From NCBI GenBank assembly GCA_030141605.1, contig JAQGDQ010000133.1, positions 186,001 through 250,000 of the forward strand: 64,000 nt of DNA, written 5' to 3'. A model generated the notes under the pieces. It was given only the letters and a program-made list of their open reading frames with translations, had not been told where the DNA came from and did not search any database. Shown piece by piece: positions 1 to 13,315 of this stretch. This stretch comes from Tubiluchus corallicola. Taxonomy: Eukaryota > Animalia > Priapulida. A program made the position numbers and the translations under genes. The first letter of the stretch is position 1. Each line of letters opens with the position of its first letter.

Positions 1-152
1 AAAACTTTGATATTACTTACTAGTGGAATAAATAAAATGATTTATAGTCGTGTGAGAACAATTAACAACGTTAACTAAAGATTTCATTATTCAGCTTTTA
101 CATGCATTTGATGGAAAATACAGACCTACCATTTCTTACTGAAATAACTTAC

Positions 153-1138
153 TTGCAAATTGGGTATCCATCTATTGTTTTTGTTCTGGGACAGAACACC
201 CCAATACATCCACAGTTTTTCAGTATTCTCTTGCATTTGCACTTCAGCACACAGTCAGCCCTGTCATATGGTTGTTCCTCACCAACGTACATCACATTCT
301 GGGCAATTTCAGACCGTCTTCGACCACGACTGCGTCCAAATATGCAGTTGTTGTCCGTGGGAATTCGGGATAGTGAAGAATTCTTGACCTCTATTCGCAC
401 ATGAGCCCCAGGGGCTACCTGCCAGAAGTTGTTGGGGTTGTGCACGTGGGGATGCACAGAAACTAAAAGATTGCCATTCCAACCCATGTCTAATGCATCG
501 GTAACCTTCGGATTTAAGATCAGCTTGAGCACTTTCGTGTCTTCTTCTGATATTTTTTCTAGAAATTCGTCACGAATAATTTTGTTTTTCATCTTGCTGA
601 TGTCAGAGTGGACCGTAACGCAGCTTCCTTTAATATTTTGTACATGAGCCGTGTTGAGACTTGTCCTAAGATACGCGCAATCGACAAATTTAGAATTGTT
701 TGACCTGCTCTGTATTCCGCAATGCCGTATCACCTCGTCTTGAAGCGGAAACAATGTTTTCAGCTGTGAAACGGCCTGGTCGCCAAACGTCCAATAGTCC
801 TTCAAGCGTCTACTGGTTAGCTGACTTCTGTTTATCAAGACATCCATTACTCCGGAAAACTTCAACGGGAAGCCAGTACATACAGTGACCGCCGGAAAGT
901 CGAAGACACCTTCGTAGATTTCCCTGGACACTGGCAGGATGGGGTAAGCACGATAGTACATGACTTTGTCACGAGTCTGGTAAGCTGTGAAACACAAAGC
1001 GACGAGCACAACCAATGCCCAGATTAACTTTCTCAATATGGATCCAGACTTGACGATGTTTGGCACTCCGTGGGTTGAAGAACTTTCCGCCCAGTGAAGA
1101 ATGTTTTCTTTGTAAGCTCTTATGCGCCTATTTGGCAT
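153..1138 (-). CDS. DEG/ENaC (ASIC/FaNaC/degenerin family) ion channel subunit, first coding exon; gene continues beyond the left window edge
   Basis: Translation has the pre-TM1 HG motif (WAESSSTHGVPNI), a hydrophobic TM1 (LIWALVVLVALCFTAYQT), the FPAVTVC signature, GSCVTV (G.CYTFN equivalent) and the Cys-rich thumb CVLKCKCKRILKNCGC. The apparent ORF stop lies inside a GTAAGT splice donor (minus strand, 152-147), so the exon ends at 153 and TM2 is outside the window. Confidence 0.9.
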
Positions 1139-1461
1139 TTTCGTGGTGTGTTATATGCAGATTTCCAGAGTCCAACAACAGCGCCCGTTCGATGTATGAT
1201 GGAAAACTCGACTGAAATTTTGTCGGGTCATTACGCCCGAGTCTAAGTTTAATTTTCCAAAGTGCCAGCAACGTCATTAAGGTTATATGTAGTAGTTTGA
1301 ATCAAATACAGACATTGCTGATAATGACATTTACATGTTTTTCGCAAAGTTTTATAACATCATCTCATTAACAACGTTTTATAACAGCATTCTCATCATC
1401 AGTCATTGACGTAAAATTTCAGGGTCATTATTGAAGAGAACAACGATAACTAACTTGATTT

Positions 1462-1617
1462 CTGATTAGTTACCAATACAGTTCAGCCGATTAATTATTG
1501 ATCCAACTCAGCCGATTAATTACCGATTTAGCTGAAAGGATTAATTACGATCCAGTTCTGCTGTGTAATTACTAATCCAGCTCAACGGATTAATAACACT
1601 GACCCAGCTTTGCCGAT
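1462..1617. repeat. Degenerate minisatellite, about 6 copies of a ~25-bp unit (GATCCAGCTCAGCCGATTAATTAC-like)
   Basis: Repeated cagccgattaatta / gatccagctc variants read directly, about 330 bp upstream of the ENaC ATG. Confidence 0.65.
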
Positions 1618-2351
1618 GTTGTCAAATACAAATTATACGCATTAAATTTTACAATGATTTTTTTCCTCAAAAATGATCAAAAAACAAGGAAGCCTTTAGG
1701 TTTATGCACTGCGCAGATAATCTGTAAGCTTTTGTAGCTAATTATTTTCTATCAAAACATAATTAATAAGGATAAGCCTGCTGCTTCATGCAGCATTAGG
1801 CCATAGTTTTTCCTTGCTTGCATATTTTGGCCAATAATCCATGGGTGACTTCTGAAATCGATTACAATCCATGATCGTCTTCATTTTGCTAATACATATT
1901 TAGCATACTGCAGCAGAGACTGATGATCTCTAGCTTAGTGAACATGGTTTCAAATAAACAGCGGCATGTAAAATTCGGCACATATTTTTTTCAGAGATTG
2001 CCAAATAACAAACAGAGGAATTATACACATATACTGCCCCGCCGGGGCCGTGGAATTGAACGTGGAATTTGGGCTATTGTGCTTGCTCTTTTTTGGAGTG
2101 ACCCTGACCTCTTTCACGCGCGGTCGTAAACTTTAATTTAATTTTTCAACTAGTTTTCTGCAATATACAAATTTGGTCAAATTGTCCTGCCCGGTGGCGA
2201 CAGTAGCAACTGTAGCAGCAGGAAAAACAGCAAAGAGAGCTAAATGCATTGCACGTATGTAAGAGAAGCTAAAAGTTTATTTTATTGATAATGTGATGAT
2301 GTATTATAAAAGACACATGTGAGGCGTTATAACTCTTGCGTTATAGCAACA

Positions 2352-2462
2352 AAACAACAGCAGCAGCAGCAGCAGCAACTGTATAACAGTAACGAAAATG
2401 ACAAGAATACCAGTTCAGCAGTACAATCAGCTGCTGCAGCAGCAACAACAACAGCAACAGCA
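2352..2462. repeat. (CAG/CAA)n low-complexity tract
   Basis: aacaacagcagcagcagcagcagcaac ... gcagcagcaacaacaacagcaacagc; explains the poly-Q/A/T ORF 2319..2546. Confidence 0.7.
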
Positions 2463-5400
2463 ATACGCACAATCTACTTAAAATGCATGATCTTTTCTCC
2501 CTTGTGCACACACATACATTGTGCTGTGATTAAAAGCTTCACGTAGAACACCTCGTACCACAAATCGAGTTTAGAACATGTCACCAAAATGTGGCCTCAA
2601 AAGGTCGTTCAAAGCAAACAGTTATGGAAAGCAGAAAGTGCGCCTCCGAGTAGCAGTAGATCCACAGACTTGTGTTTATTACACGCGAAAAGAAAATTGT
2701 TAAATGTTACAAATTGTACAGTGGTCAAAATCCCAGGGTTTGCTGTTCCTGGAAAACAATTTTGGCACTAATGCGACGTAGTGCCCATATTTTGCTGACA
2801 GAACAGCTGTATATTTGCCCATTTTCTGTGGAAACATATTCATCTAAACATCACAGGCTCTTCAAATTTATCCAGGGATTAGCTTGCCCTCGAATGACAA
2901 GATTTTATTACCAGCCATCGGATTGAATTTGCGAAGAGGAAGCGAGTGTACTGATGTTATATGCATAATTTTACAGACAAACATCAATACTGTTGGTAGA
3001 TTGCCATCAATACTGTCACGAATAGTTTTTGTTTGATTACTTTGCTTTTAGCTGGATGTTTATGAATGCATTTAGGCTTCGTCGCTTAAATTGTTAATTT
3101 GGTAAAGAAAAATTTCGTTTTATTTGTAATTAGCATCTATAATTTGGTAACCCAACAGAGATCCTATATGAACTTTTCCAACGTTACAATTTGTATTTTA
3201 TTGCTAATTATAGTCACAAAAGTTCTACTCGTCTACAACTAATTTCGCATTTTTAGGTAATAGCTGAGCATTTAACGGTTTTCTCGGAAAGGTCACGTGG
3301 TTTAGGTGGCTAATATTTTTATGACGTTAATAAAACAGGCGAAACAACAAAATAAAAACAGAAAATTTTATAATTGCAGCAAGAATATGCAGAAATTGTC
3401 AAAAGTTTAGCGAAAAAGTAAAATGAAAAAGTACAAATACAACACTATGTTTTTGCCACATAATGTTTAATAAATTGCCCTTACCAGGTTGAGCTACAAA
3501 TCTAATTCAACAGTATGAAGAAACCAAAAGATTGTAACATTTTGATAAAACGAAGTAAAACACAGTATACATAATTATTAAAAAACGATAGCGATCAAAA
3601 ATATCAGTTAACTTTTCTCTGCAAAAGCTCTTGAAAACTTCAAAAAAGATTTTATTTTTTTCTGTTTTTGCCATTTTTAATTCAGGCTAGATTCCCCCAG
3701 AACCAAAGAATTCAGAAATTCGAATTGTTAAAAGCGAGTAGGCTATTTTCGTAGGTTATGCACTTTGAGTCGTCAGGAACACTTTTCAAGGCAGCACTGC
3801 GCTTTCCAGCAAGATTTGCATGTCCTGCGCAGAAGAAGTGCTCCACAAGGATAATTATTCTTCTTCAAAATGAAAGAGGCAGAGTCAATTAGCTACTATT
3901 GGTATCGTCATTGCTCTACCATAATATTGACCGAGTTGGTCAGAATACTTTCAGCCACTGGTCTGTTGATCAGTTGCTATTGAATCCTCGTGGCAATCGC
4001 AGTGGGCTTCCTACAAGAGCTGCGATTGAAGAAGACACTCGTCATTAACATTCCGAGCGGCTCCTCCTTGTGTTAGAAACCTCTAGATTTAGTGTGTCGA
4101 TCGTGCAAGTTTCTAGAAGTAAAATGCGCTAACAATTCTGTTTTTGCTGTGCGTCCTGAAGGGATTGAAACGAGAGATTTCGTGTATTTTTTGCGCTTTT
4201 TGAAGTTCCCCGATCAAGGTACTACACCTGCGCAGTGCTTCGAACTGACTATTGTTGCTTTCAGAAATGAGACAGCTATAAAATAATGATACTGTTTATT
4301 TCACGAGGGTTCAATTGTTTTTTTGCAGATTTGATTTCGCAAAGTGTTTTCGTTTTCCTTTGCCTGTGTTAAGGTTTTTAGTCTTTGTTACAAAACTGCC
4401 TGAAAATTCAAATCGCATAACTATTGTTTCATATCTCGCAGATATGAGATGTAGGGTCATTTTCACATGGTCTAAATAACGAACGACGATGATGGCTGTG
4501 ACAGCCGTGGTTATGAGGTGAAGGCGATAATAATTGATGATGACTGATAATGTTTTATTCTAGACAATTGTTTTGGAAATTATACAATTTAAAGACGGAA
4601 AAATACGAAGTATAGATAATAGCAGGGGAACATTAATTGTGGTTATTGTTAAATCATTGCGTGCCAAACTTCTATTATCATGACAAGCATTAAATGTCAC
4701 CTGTCAAATTTGCTAATCTTCTAATTTTAGTGAAACAACAATGTACATTAAATACGTTGATAAGTAAATATTACCAGCCTTCGATATTTTGCCAGGATTA
4801 CTTGTTATGATTCTATTTTATTCATGTACTAGGAACTTGCCAAAAAGAAAACTGTCGCTGATGTGTGGTGGAATTGTTTGCCTGAGTATAGTAATTCCTA
4901 TTAAGTACAATCTTGCCAGCGTGAAAAGTAATACTAGCAGATACACTTAATTATATCCAGTCTAGTTATATCCTAATTATATTTTCTAGATTTGTGCTTA
5001 GGTAATTTGTAAAAAGAAAAAAAAACGTATATGTTTGATGCTTTGGCGTATTCAAAAGCTAGACTCGAACCTGAGACTGCACAACCGCAAACATGCTTGA
5101 GTTTGCAATGTAGACCGCTAGTGACCAAACCCGGAATTAATTAATTAATCAAATTACCTTTAGAAAACCATTTGTTTTTACAGTGTACGGTATGCACCCA
5201 TAAATTCTTTCAGTTCGGTAGCTGAGCTAATCAATTAACGAGTTTTTCTGATCACATATCTGATATCTGGTTAGTCAATCAAGTAGATTGATCAGGTTTT
5301 CTTATCACGTTTAGTTGATACAAGATCGTTTGTCCTTTTATTAAGCTCGTGCTTGGTGTATTAATTTGATAACCAGCTGGAATGAAACCCGTCGGAACCC

Positions 5401-7067
5401 AGCTCAGTAAATGTTTCCAAAATTGCAGCGAATACTCTTGACAGAAATTGTTCGAACAAAATGTAATGGCAAGAAATAATTTTTTTGCAGGAGTACAGAA
5501 TCGAGATAATAACTAGTTTGTTTGTTTCTTTTCGAAGTATAAAAATTGTACAAATCAGGACTTACTAAGAACAGGAAAGGGGCGGAGGCGATAAACGTAC
5601 TTTGTTGAATTAGCTAACCATTGCCATTCAAAATTAGATTAACAGTATGTAGAGAACTATGCAGGAACTTAGTACATGCATTGATTAATTCATAAAATAC
5701 GAGCAATTTAGAGTAGTTACACTAATTACGCAGTAATTTTTGTCTACACCTAAACATTTCAAGTGCTGAGTTAGAATGTTTACAACTCATATATAATATA
5801 TGGTATCACATGCGGAAATTCAACTGCAATGAGCACAGAATTTTTGTATATGTAACAAACTAATACATAATTATATGACTAAAGGAATAGTCTGTAAAGT
5901 ACAAATTAGCTAGCAAATAGATTAGCTAACTAATTTCAAGACTAATTACCCTGTAGTAGCTTTCATTAAAATTAACTACGCAAATTAGATACTTAATCAT
6001 TATCTCATAGTAAAACCGTCATTACCTTGCAAAAAGCTCAAGTGAGTTCGCTATATAGTGAAAACCAAAACTTACATTATTGCATATATATTTATCCAGT
6101 TTTTTTAGTAGTAATTAGCATGTTGGTAATATTAACTTTAGCTTTTTTTGAAATGTACTTGCTGCGTATATGGAAGCGTAAAATATTAATACTAAAAAAC
6201 ACAGAGTTTTTGACAGTTTTCTTAAAAGTAATGTGAAATAGAGTGAAATGGGAGACTAGCACGTCGTTAATGAAATTCGTGCAGCGACTAGCGATGAAAT
6301 AATGTTTTTGTTTGCTCATTATTATTGTTCAGTCGTTTGTAAAGAACACCGAGGCGCTAATGAACCATCTAGAATCCTATCGTACAACGGAATGCGTGTG
6401 GACGAAGCTTGCACCTATAGTTGCTCTGCCATACCTTCTTAATCTAATACATGAACGTAGTTCTACTTCTTCATGATTTTAGTTTTGTTGGTGTATATTT
6501 AAATAATGTACAGAACTATGTTTATTATAAGTTATCGGCAAATCAGGCGTATTGAATTATTACTGATACTGTTTTGCAGTAAGCTGCAGCTTGTCTAAGC
6601 CAGTCCGTATTACCACGGTGTAAAGGGTGCCTATCGAGGAAAACAAAACTAAATTCCTAAAACAGTTTGCATTCTAGCAAATTTGTGAGCTTGAGTTTCT
6701 TTTCTCATATTATCGTGTTTCTTCTCAGCTACTCCGTTTTCCAAAATTCTTTCCCTATTTTTTATTTGCGTAATGTTTTGTACACTGATGGGCACCCTCT
6801 TTTCTTCGCAATACGTGCTGTAGAATGTGTTTTAAAGCCTCGTAGAATCTGCACCAGTTTGTGTTTTGAAAGTCAACTTTGTGCATTAATCCGATAAAAT
6901 TTCTCTTCCTTAGTATCACACGGAGATATGATTATGGATGCACAAAATTTGCGTGTGGTGTAAAATAACAAGAATGTGAAAATAATCCCAAGAAGTGCAA
7001 GAAGAAGGCGTCTCTATCGTATAGTATTATATATATGATATATAGAAGTATAGTATTATCTGTTGAC

Positions 7068-7175
7068 ATGACGAACACAAATGATGTAGAAGGAGTGGTA
7101 TCTGAACCAGTCATACTCTGCTACTGTGCATCTGTGGATGATTTGACAGATATGGCTTATTTCGATATTCAAAAA
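7068..7175 (+). CDS. Candidate distal first coding exon of the gamma-syntrophin gene (MTNTNDVEGVVSEPVILCYCASVDDLTDMAYFDIQK)
   Basis: ATG at 7068, 36 open codons, perfect GTAAGT donor at 7176 in phase 0, matching the phase-0 exon at 21027. No recognisable homology, so the assignment is tentative. Confidence 0.45.
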
Positions 7176-8299
7176 GTAAGTAAATAATTGTTAGCGTATG
7201 AATAATCAAAAGTTTATAACACAATTAAAATTTAGTTAAAAATTAATAATGAGATTTGTATTGCATTCTGTAGTTTGCAACCACATCATTGTTAACAATA
7301 TTTCATGTTGCTGTTATTTGTTCTTATTTTTGTGGTTTTTGTTGTTTCTGCTACTGTAATTGCAACTGTTATTTCTTGTAGTTGTTGTCGTCACGTTTTT
7401 TGTCGTTACTGCTGTCATTGGGTTTGTCATTGTCACGGCTCTGTTACCAGCTGCCAGTGTGTCAAGTAATTTTGTTGCAACAGTAGGTACCATTTTTAAA
7501 TTCTTTGTTATGATGTAGCGGTAACGTCGAACTCACGCACTCCTTGACGGAAAGCGGACCCGTTTATCGCTAGTCTGTACTGTGTGGTCCTAGCTAAAAT
7601 ATTTAAGTTATTCATTGTAGGTGTGTACGCTACTTGGTAATTATGTAATTTTGTTACTGTTTTCGTTATGTAACTACATGAGTGGCATGCGTGATGATGT
7701 GCAGTTACAGATTTTCAAGGGACGCGGCTATAAAATTAACTTCTTCAGTGAACTCAGTCAACATATTTTCGTTGTTTAGCTGATATTACATAAATTAGGA
7801 ATTGTCTGGCAGTGATGGAGCTTTATTACAATAATTGGAACTCCATGAAAAGCCCTCAGGAAAATGATGAATGTCTCGGTTTGTTATATGTGTATTTCAG
7901 CATCACGTGGAACATTACGAGGGCGGTATGCGGCAAGGCCGTATGCAGAAATGTCGAGCAACCGTGAACATCCCATGTAGTGTTGTATTTAGAGATTAAT
8001 AACGCCTTTATGGAATAATAACGCCTCAGTAGCTAGTGTTGATAAAATCCTTATTCCTTGACTTTGTATAAAAACGTCTAAATCGATTGACAGATCGACA
8101 GGCCACGAGTTTTACGTTTTGCTGAATTGGAGATAGACGTAATCGTGTGTAGCTGGATGTATTTGCAGAATTCCTGATAGAATGTTAAATGATTCGCAGA
8201 AATTTGCATATCTGTCAGAGCCATAACGTATCAAGATGAAATCTTTCCGGGAATTGATATGTCTGAATTAAAATATACGAGAATAAAATATTGTTGCGT

Positions 8300-9300
8300 T
8301 TCTCTGAAAACTGATAAGCTGAATGATTAAATGATGGAGACCGATTTAGTCGTCAAGAAGTCTCATTCATATGCACAGTACGAGGATTGTGATTAATAAT
8401 TTGTGATTACAAATTGAAAATAACGACAAAGAAATTTTTCTACCCAAAACAATTGCAGAAAGGTGGAAATGTGTTGCACGTCCAAAAATAGAATCCTTAC
8501 AGCTAATTTGCTAGTAATAGGCAGACAAGGTGGTAAACGTTAGTCCTTTTTGAAGCGAGTAATGCAGTAATTAACAGGGAATCAATTTTCTAGCAGAGAA
8601 TTCTATAATTAGAAGTCTGGGGGAAAAAGACGGATTTATAGACAGTTATTCTAGAAATTAATATCCATGGAGAAGCAGCAGAAAAACCAAGTATTGTGAA
8701 CAATCTCTGACCGAAGATGAGAGGATCTAAGGGCATTTTCCAAATAAAATAAAATAAACTTAAGGTAGCGATAAAAGAGGCATAACATAGCATCTGGGCG
8801 TCGGTAAGCAAGGAATTGCTAGATTTACCCCAAATCAGACCCAACAAGAGGTACTATACGATTATGTAATCTGTCAAGTGGTTTAAGGCAAAAAGATGTT
8901 CGAGGCACTAGTTCAATGTTCCACGCTACTGCAGTATTCCATGCAAGATCGAACAGGAGATTTGCAACGTTAAAATACAGTATTATCTAATCTGCAACTC
9001 GAGTTCGATATAGGCACCCGAAATAGTTAGAAAAGTGGTTATTTGCGCAATTAAAGCTCCAAAACGAAATTGCAGGAAAAACACAAAGTGCACTAAACAC
9101 TTCTTCGGCAAAAATACAACATGGATCGGTGAGGATGATAGACTTCTTTTTAAACACACCTTTGTATGACTAAACTTAATTCAATCAAATCTAAGAGCTT
9201 TTGACAAATGATTTATTGACTGTAAGTCAACATCCAGCAAAAAGTAGATTGTTATAGCAGGACTGGGATCTTGCTATTTATCAAAGATAATCATCCTATT
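8300..9300 (+). mobile_element. Possible highly decayed non-LTR retrotransposon fragment
   Basis: A-rich coding-like sequence with many stops, and NLRAFDK at about 9188-9208 resembling the D-x-x-K-A-F-D motif of LINE reverse transcriptases. Boundaries approximate. Confidence 0.25.
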
Positions 9301-9413
9301 CTAAAATAAAGTATTGACCCAGTGGAAGTCGGATGTATACTCTATATACAACCTTATTCCGTTTCTGGATAAAAGTCTGGTGGTAGTGTGGCAGAATAAA
9401 ATGTGCTGACGCA

Positions 9414-9506
9414 ATTTCCGCAGCGGTTGTCTTTCGTTTGCTAACCTGGTTTAGCATTGTTTAACTTCGCAGCCAAGCTTGCCACACTGCCTTGACTATT
9501 TAGCTC
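9414..9506 (-). mobile_element. SINE-like element copy (tRNA A-box-like start followed by a 5S-rRNA-like segment)
   Basis: Minus strand gagctaaatagtcaaggc...gcgaagttaaacaatgctaaaccaggttagcaaacgaaagacaaccgctgcggaaa aligns with the copies at 38486-38572 and 38623-38709 and resembles the 5S core GAAGTTAAGC...TGGTTAGTACTTGGATGGG.GACCGC. Confidence 0.5.
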
Positions 9507-12457
9507 GAATGAGGATGTATATGGAACCAAATATTGCTAAGGAGATTTCAGCCTAGCTTGCAATGTGCGATTAACGTAAAAAAATGACGTATATAATCGG
9601 AAGCAAAGCTTATGGCTTAGGAGCTGCTTTGTAACAGAACTTTGTGAGAAAGGTAGGTGGCTCCACACAGCGGCGGTATTGATTATCACTCGTTATTGAC
9701 AAATGCACATTTACGTGGCTGCTACAAATCGGCGAGTTGCCTTAAACTTTTTTGATTTTTTTTTCAAGATTATACGCGAACAGTAGAAAATAAATTGCCA
9801 AATTGTAAGATAAATGTTCTTTTACAAAAATAACTTCGTGGCTGCTATACAGTCATCTTAAGTGCGAAACAAACATATTTCTTAACAAATTTTGGCTGAT
9901 GTACCAACAAACAATCAATGATTGCCATAATAACGAAATAGCAAACAATAATTTTTTAACTTGCTTATTTTATGTTATGGATGTTGTGTTGTTTTTCAAT
10001 ATTCACTATTCTTCAACCAGTATACAAGAAAAACTCAATCTTTCGCACTTTTTTCCTATGGGAAAATGTCCACTGGCCAAAATAGTACCAATATGAATGC
10101 GATTGGAATTCTGCATTCCTGGTCCACCCCAATCCCCTGGTCCACCCTCAGCCAAATTTGGTTCACCCTTAAGTGGACTTCGAATAGCACTGAACTACAG
10201 TAACTATTAAACAGTGGCTCAAACGAACCACGTAGACATTCATGTGTAGCCGAACCAGGGATAACCTAAGTTGAATAAACGGCTGCGTTTCTTTCGCGGA
10301 TATACCTGGGATAAAAAACAATACATTCGCTAAATGTTATTGGACAAGTTTCGATTAAGCCACGCCTTCAAGCGCCCTGTCCAAGTTGTAGTGAATGTGT
10401 TTTCACGTTGGAAAATACCGTGAATGCATGCAGCTGCATCGCTTGCGTAGTGTAATAATTATAGCCTTCCTACGTTATACGATACGAACGTAAAATGATA
10501 ATAAATATTAGCAATAATAGTTAATTATTAAAAATATTTACAATTGTGTTTTACTTTTTTGTAATAATTTTTTGGAAATTAGACGGCATGAGAGTGCATG
10601 CGTTGCATGTATGGACTGCACACCATTGAAATGTGTAATCAGTGTTCAGTGAATATATAGACTGCAATTGTAATTTTCTGTCATTTTTTCACAAATGTCT
10701 CAGTAGTGGCAGCTATTATTGCCTCTTTTATGGACCAATAATTACTAGGAATAACAGGAGTCAGTTACACAGTCAACTGATTCAGAAGTTGACATGTATC
10801 ACTTTGTTTGCATTGAAGTAGCCTTGGAAACTCATTGTCAACAAAATCTGCGACAATGGGCTCAAGTAAACCCCGCGATATTTACTCTGATTCCTGGCCT
10901 TCTTTTTTTGTTCACGTCTTGGATAAGACCTTTAACAAGATGTTATAGAACAGCGTTTCTTACTTTGTGAAATTTAGCACCAGCGGTTTTTTAATATTAC
11001 TCAGCAAATGGACGGACTGCAAAGAACCCAAACCGCAGCTTTGACTCATAAATGTAGCATTTACCCTCGCATTCACTCCAGGCAGCGAAGTCATTAACAT
11101 ATCTTCATTAGTTCTAATAGCATTCAACATCAGCTATTTTAGATACTACCCAAGATGGAGGGACAGCAACCAAAAATGTTTGACTTAGATGTTGCTTTTC
11201 ATTTTTTTTATTTATATTAGGCAAAGGCAACGTTGATTTAAGATAATCGTTCTTTTCATATTTGGTACCAACTTTTTAGATAATACTCCCAGTTGACCTG
11301 TACCCAAAGGAAGCAGAAATTATGACATTGGATTTTTGACCCCTTTATACCCATTGAACTTCAATGACGTGTAGTCTTAGGAAAGCTTTTTAATACGTAC
11401 CAACCAACTAACTAAGAAAGTAACCAAACGTCCAACCGACTAACGGGCCAAACAAACTAACAAACGGAAGAACGAACGAACGAATAAACAAACAAATAAG
11501 CAAGCAAACGAACAAATTAAATGCAGTAGGTGATTACAGAAAGGCAATAGATGATCATGACTGCCATTTCAGTTGGCAAAGCAGTTTGCTTGGTAACACG
11601 AATTTGCTGTTCTTTGTAAAAAGATTCTTTTTCTGATACTCAGGCATCCACTTGCTATTTAGCAAAGCTCCTTGAACTGAGAATCTCTTTTGATACGTTG
11701 ATTTATTTGTTGAGAACGACTTTAAATAAACACAACTCTGCTGGCAGAAAGCATTTACGGGCTTATGGGTTTATGCAAATTTAAACCGCGAGCCTGCAGT
11801 AGTTATTGTTGAATCAGTTAATTGCTTGTTTATGCGCAGTTTCAAGTTTTGACCGCAGGGCTTACTCGTAAGCAGGAATTAGCAGCTTTGGCTTCTCCAG
11901 ATTATAAACAAATGTCTAACCATGCACAGGAGTTAATCTTCTGGAGGATGTTGTATGATGCGCTTTTACTCCTTCAGTCAGACATTCGCGCATAGTTGGA
12001 GCCAGAATATAATTTGAAATTAAGGAGATTCTTGTTAGTTGGGAATGTACATCCGATCACCACGCACAAATGGAATGATGATGTTACGAACATAACACAG
12101 CCATTTATTTGGAAAGTTTCAGCTTGTTTACCAGCCACTTCAGTACAGTCGGAGAACAACAAAACAGAACGGATTTAATAAACAGCAAAAATGTAAGCAA
12201 AAACGATTAGAATCTTAAAAAGTTAAGGCCTAATAATTAGAAATAAAATAATATTACCAACCACGAAGAATCTCTTCTGCTTTGTTGTGTTTTTTAGACC
12301 GCACTTGCTCAAGGACAGCTGGAAAAGCAATCGTCAAAGCACGAATAAATTGCGGTGTTATGTACATATTCATAACATCGTTAGTGCTCGTGAAATTAGG
12401 AGTTCATAAATTTATGCCGCGTAGGAGAACAAAGAAGGGTAACGTGGGAAAAGCATC

Positions 12458-13315
12458 CTGGGCTGGCTCTGCCGCTAGGCAAACTAGATCGGTTGCCTAG
12501 GCCGCAAATTTTGGGAGGCGCCAAATTCTGGAAGTAATTCTTTAATTTTTAAGTTTAGCTTTAGCATAACTACTGTTACTTTAATTGCACAACGTTACTT
12601 TAATTTAATGAAGCGAACTGCTTGCCTAATTTTCCTGGCAAAATTATATGATTTATCGACGCTAACACGGAGCTGTCTTCCCCCAGCAAAACACTTTTGT
12701 TTTACCTGGCTTCCTAAGATTACGCAGACATTACTGGCGCACTCGTATAAGAAAACAGTTTCCTGCGTTAACATTTATCTAATTATGGCAGACAAATCTA
12801 TAAGAATAGAAGCCTTTAGGAGTGTAATAGGAACGAAAGGTAAAAAAGCTGGCGGACAACGAGCAGCAAAACGATTCGCTAATGACTTATTTGCAACCTG
12901 ACTAGAGTTATAGTTGTGAATATGAGAAAACTAGAGAATGGATTTATGTAAAAAGAAGTTAAAATTTTCTGATAAAAGTCTGAGTGAAAATCTAGCCAAG
13001 AGTGTGCATAAATGAAGGATGTGCAGCAGAAACTGTAGAAATTTTTATTGCTCCCGAAGACTCAGGATTTACAATAGTGTCATAAATTCAATTTTAAATG
13101 AAATCAACACTAGCTGTAGATAGGTAATTAACTACAGTTAATTAGTGCACTATAATACATGTATAAACCTAATGCACAGGTAGCATTATACTTTATTGTA
13201 TGCAACAGAAATTGTTGCGGTGGGGTGCATGGGAACCGTTGGGAAGGCGTTGACAGTTGAGGAGAGTGCGCTAAAAATACTTTGCTTAGGGTGTCAATAC
13301 CTGGAGCCGGCCCTG
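12458..13315 (+). mobile_element. Non-autonomous hAT-type DNA transposon remnant
   Basis: Imperfect TIRs CTGGGCTGGCTC ... GAGCCGGCCCTG and subterminal gcctagg/cttagggtgtc motifs. A decayed frame near 12800-12895 (KPLGV*..RKVKKLADNEQQNDSLMTYL) resembles hAT transposase N-termini (SGAxxRKxKK...SLxKYL). No clear TSD. Confidence 0.55.

Noticed and set aside
1462-1617. CRISPR-like array
   Set aside because: Eukaryotic context, no unique spacers, degenerate adjacent units, no cas genes.
10985-11100. Minus-strand frame YVNDFAAWSECEGKCYIYES..., reminiscent of a lectin or TSP1 fragment
   Set aside because: Flanked by stops, no convincing acceptor, no partner exons.
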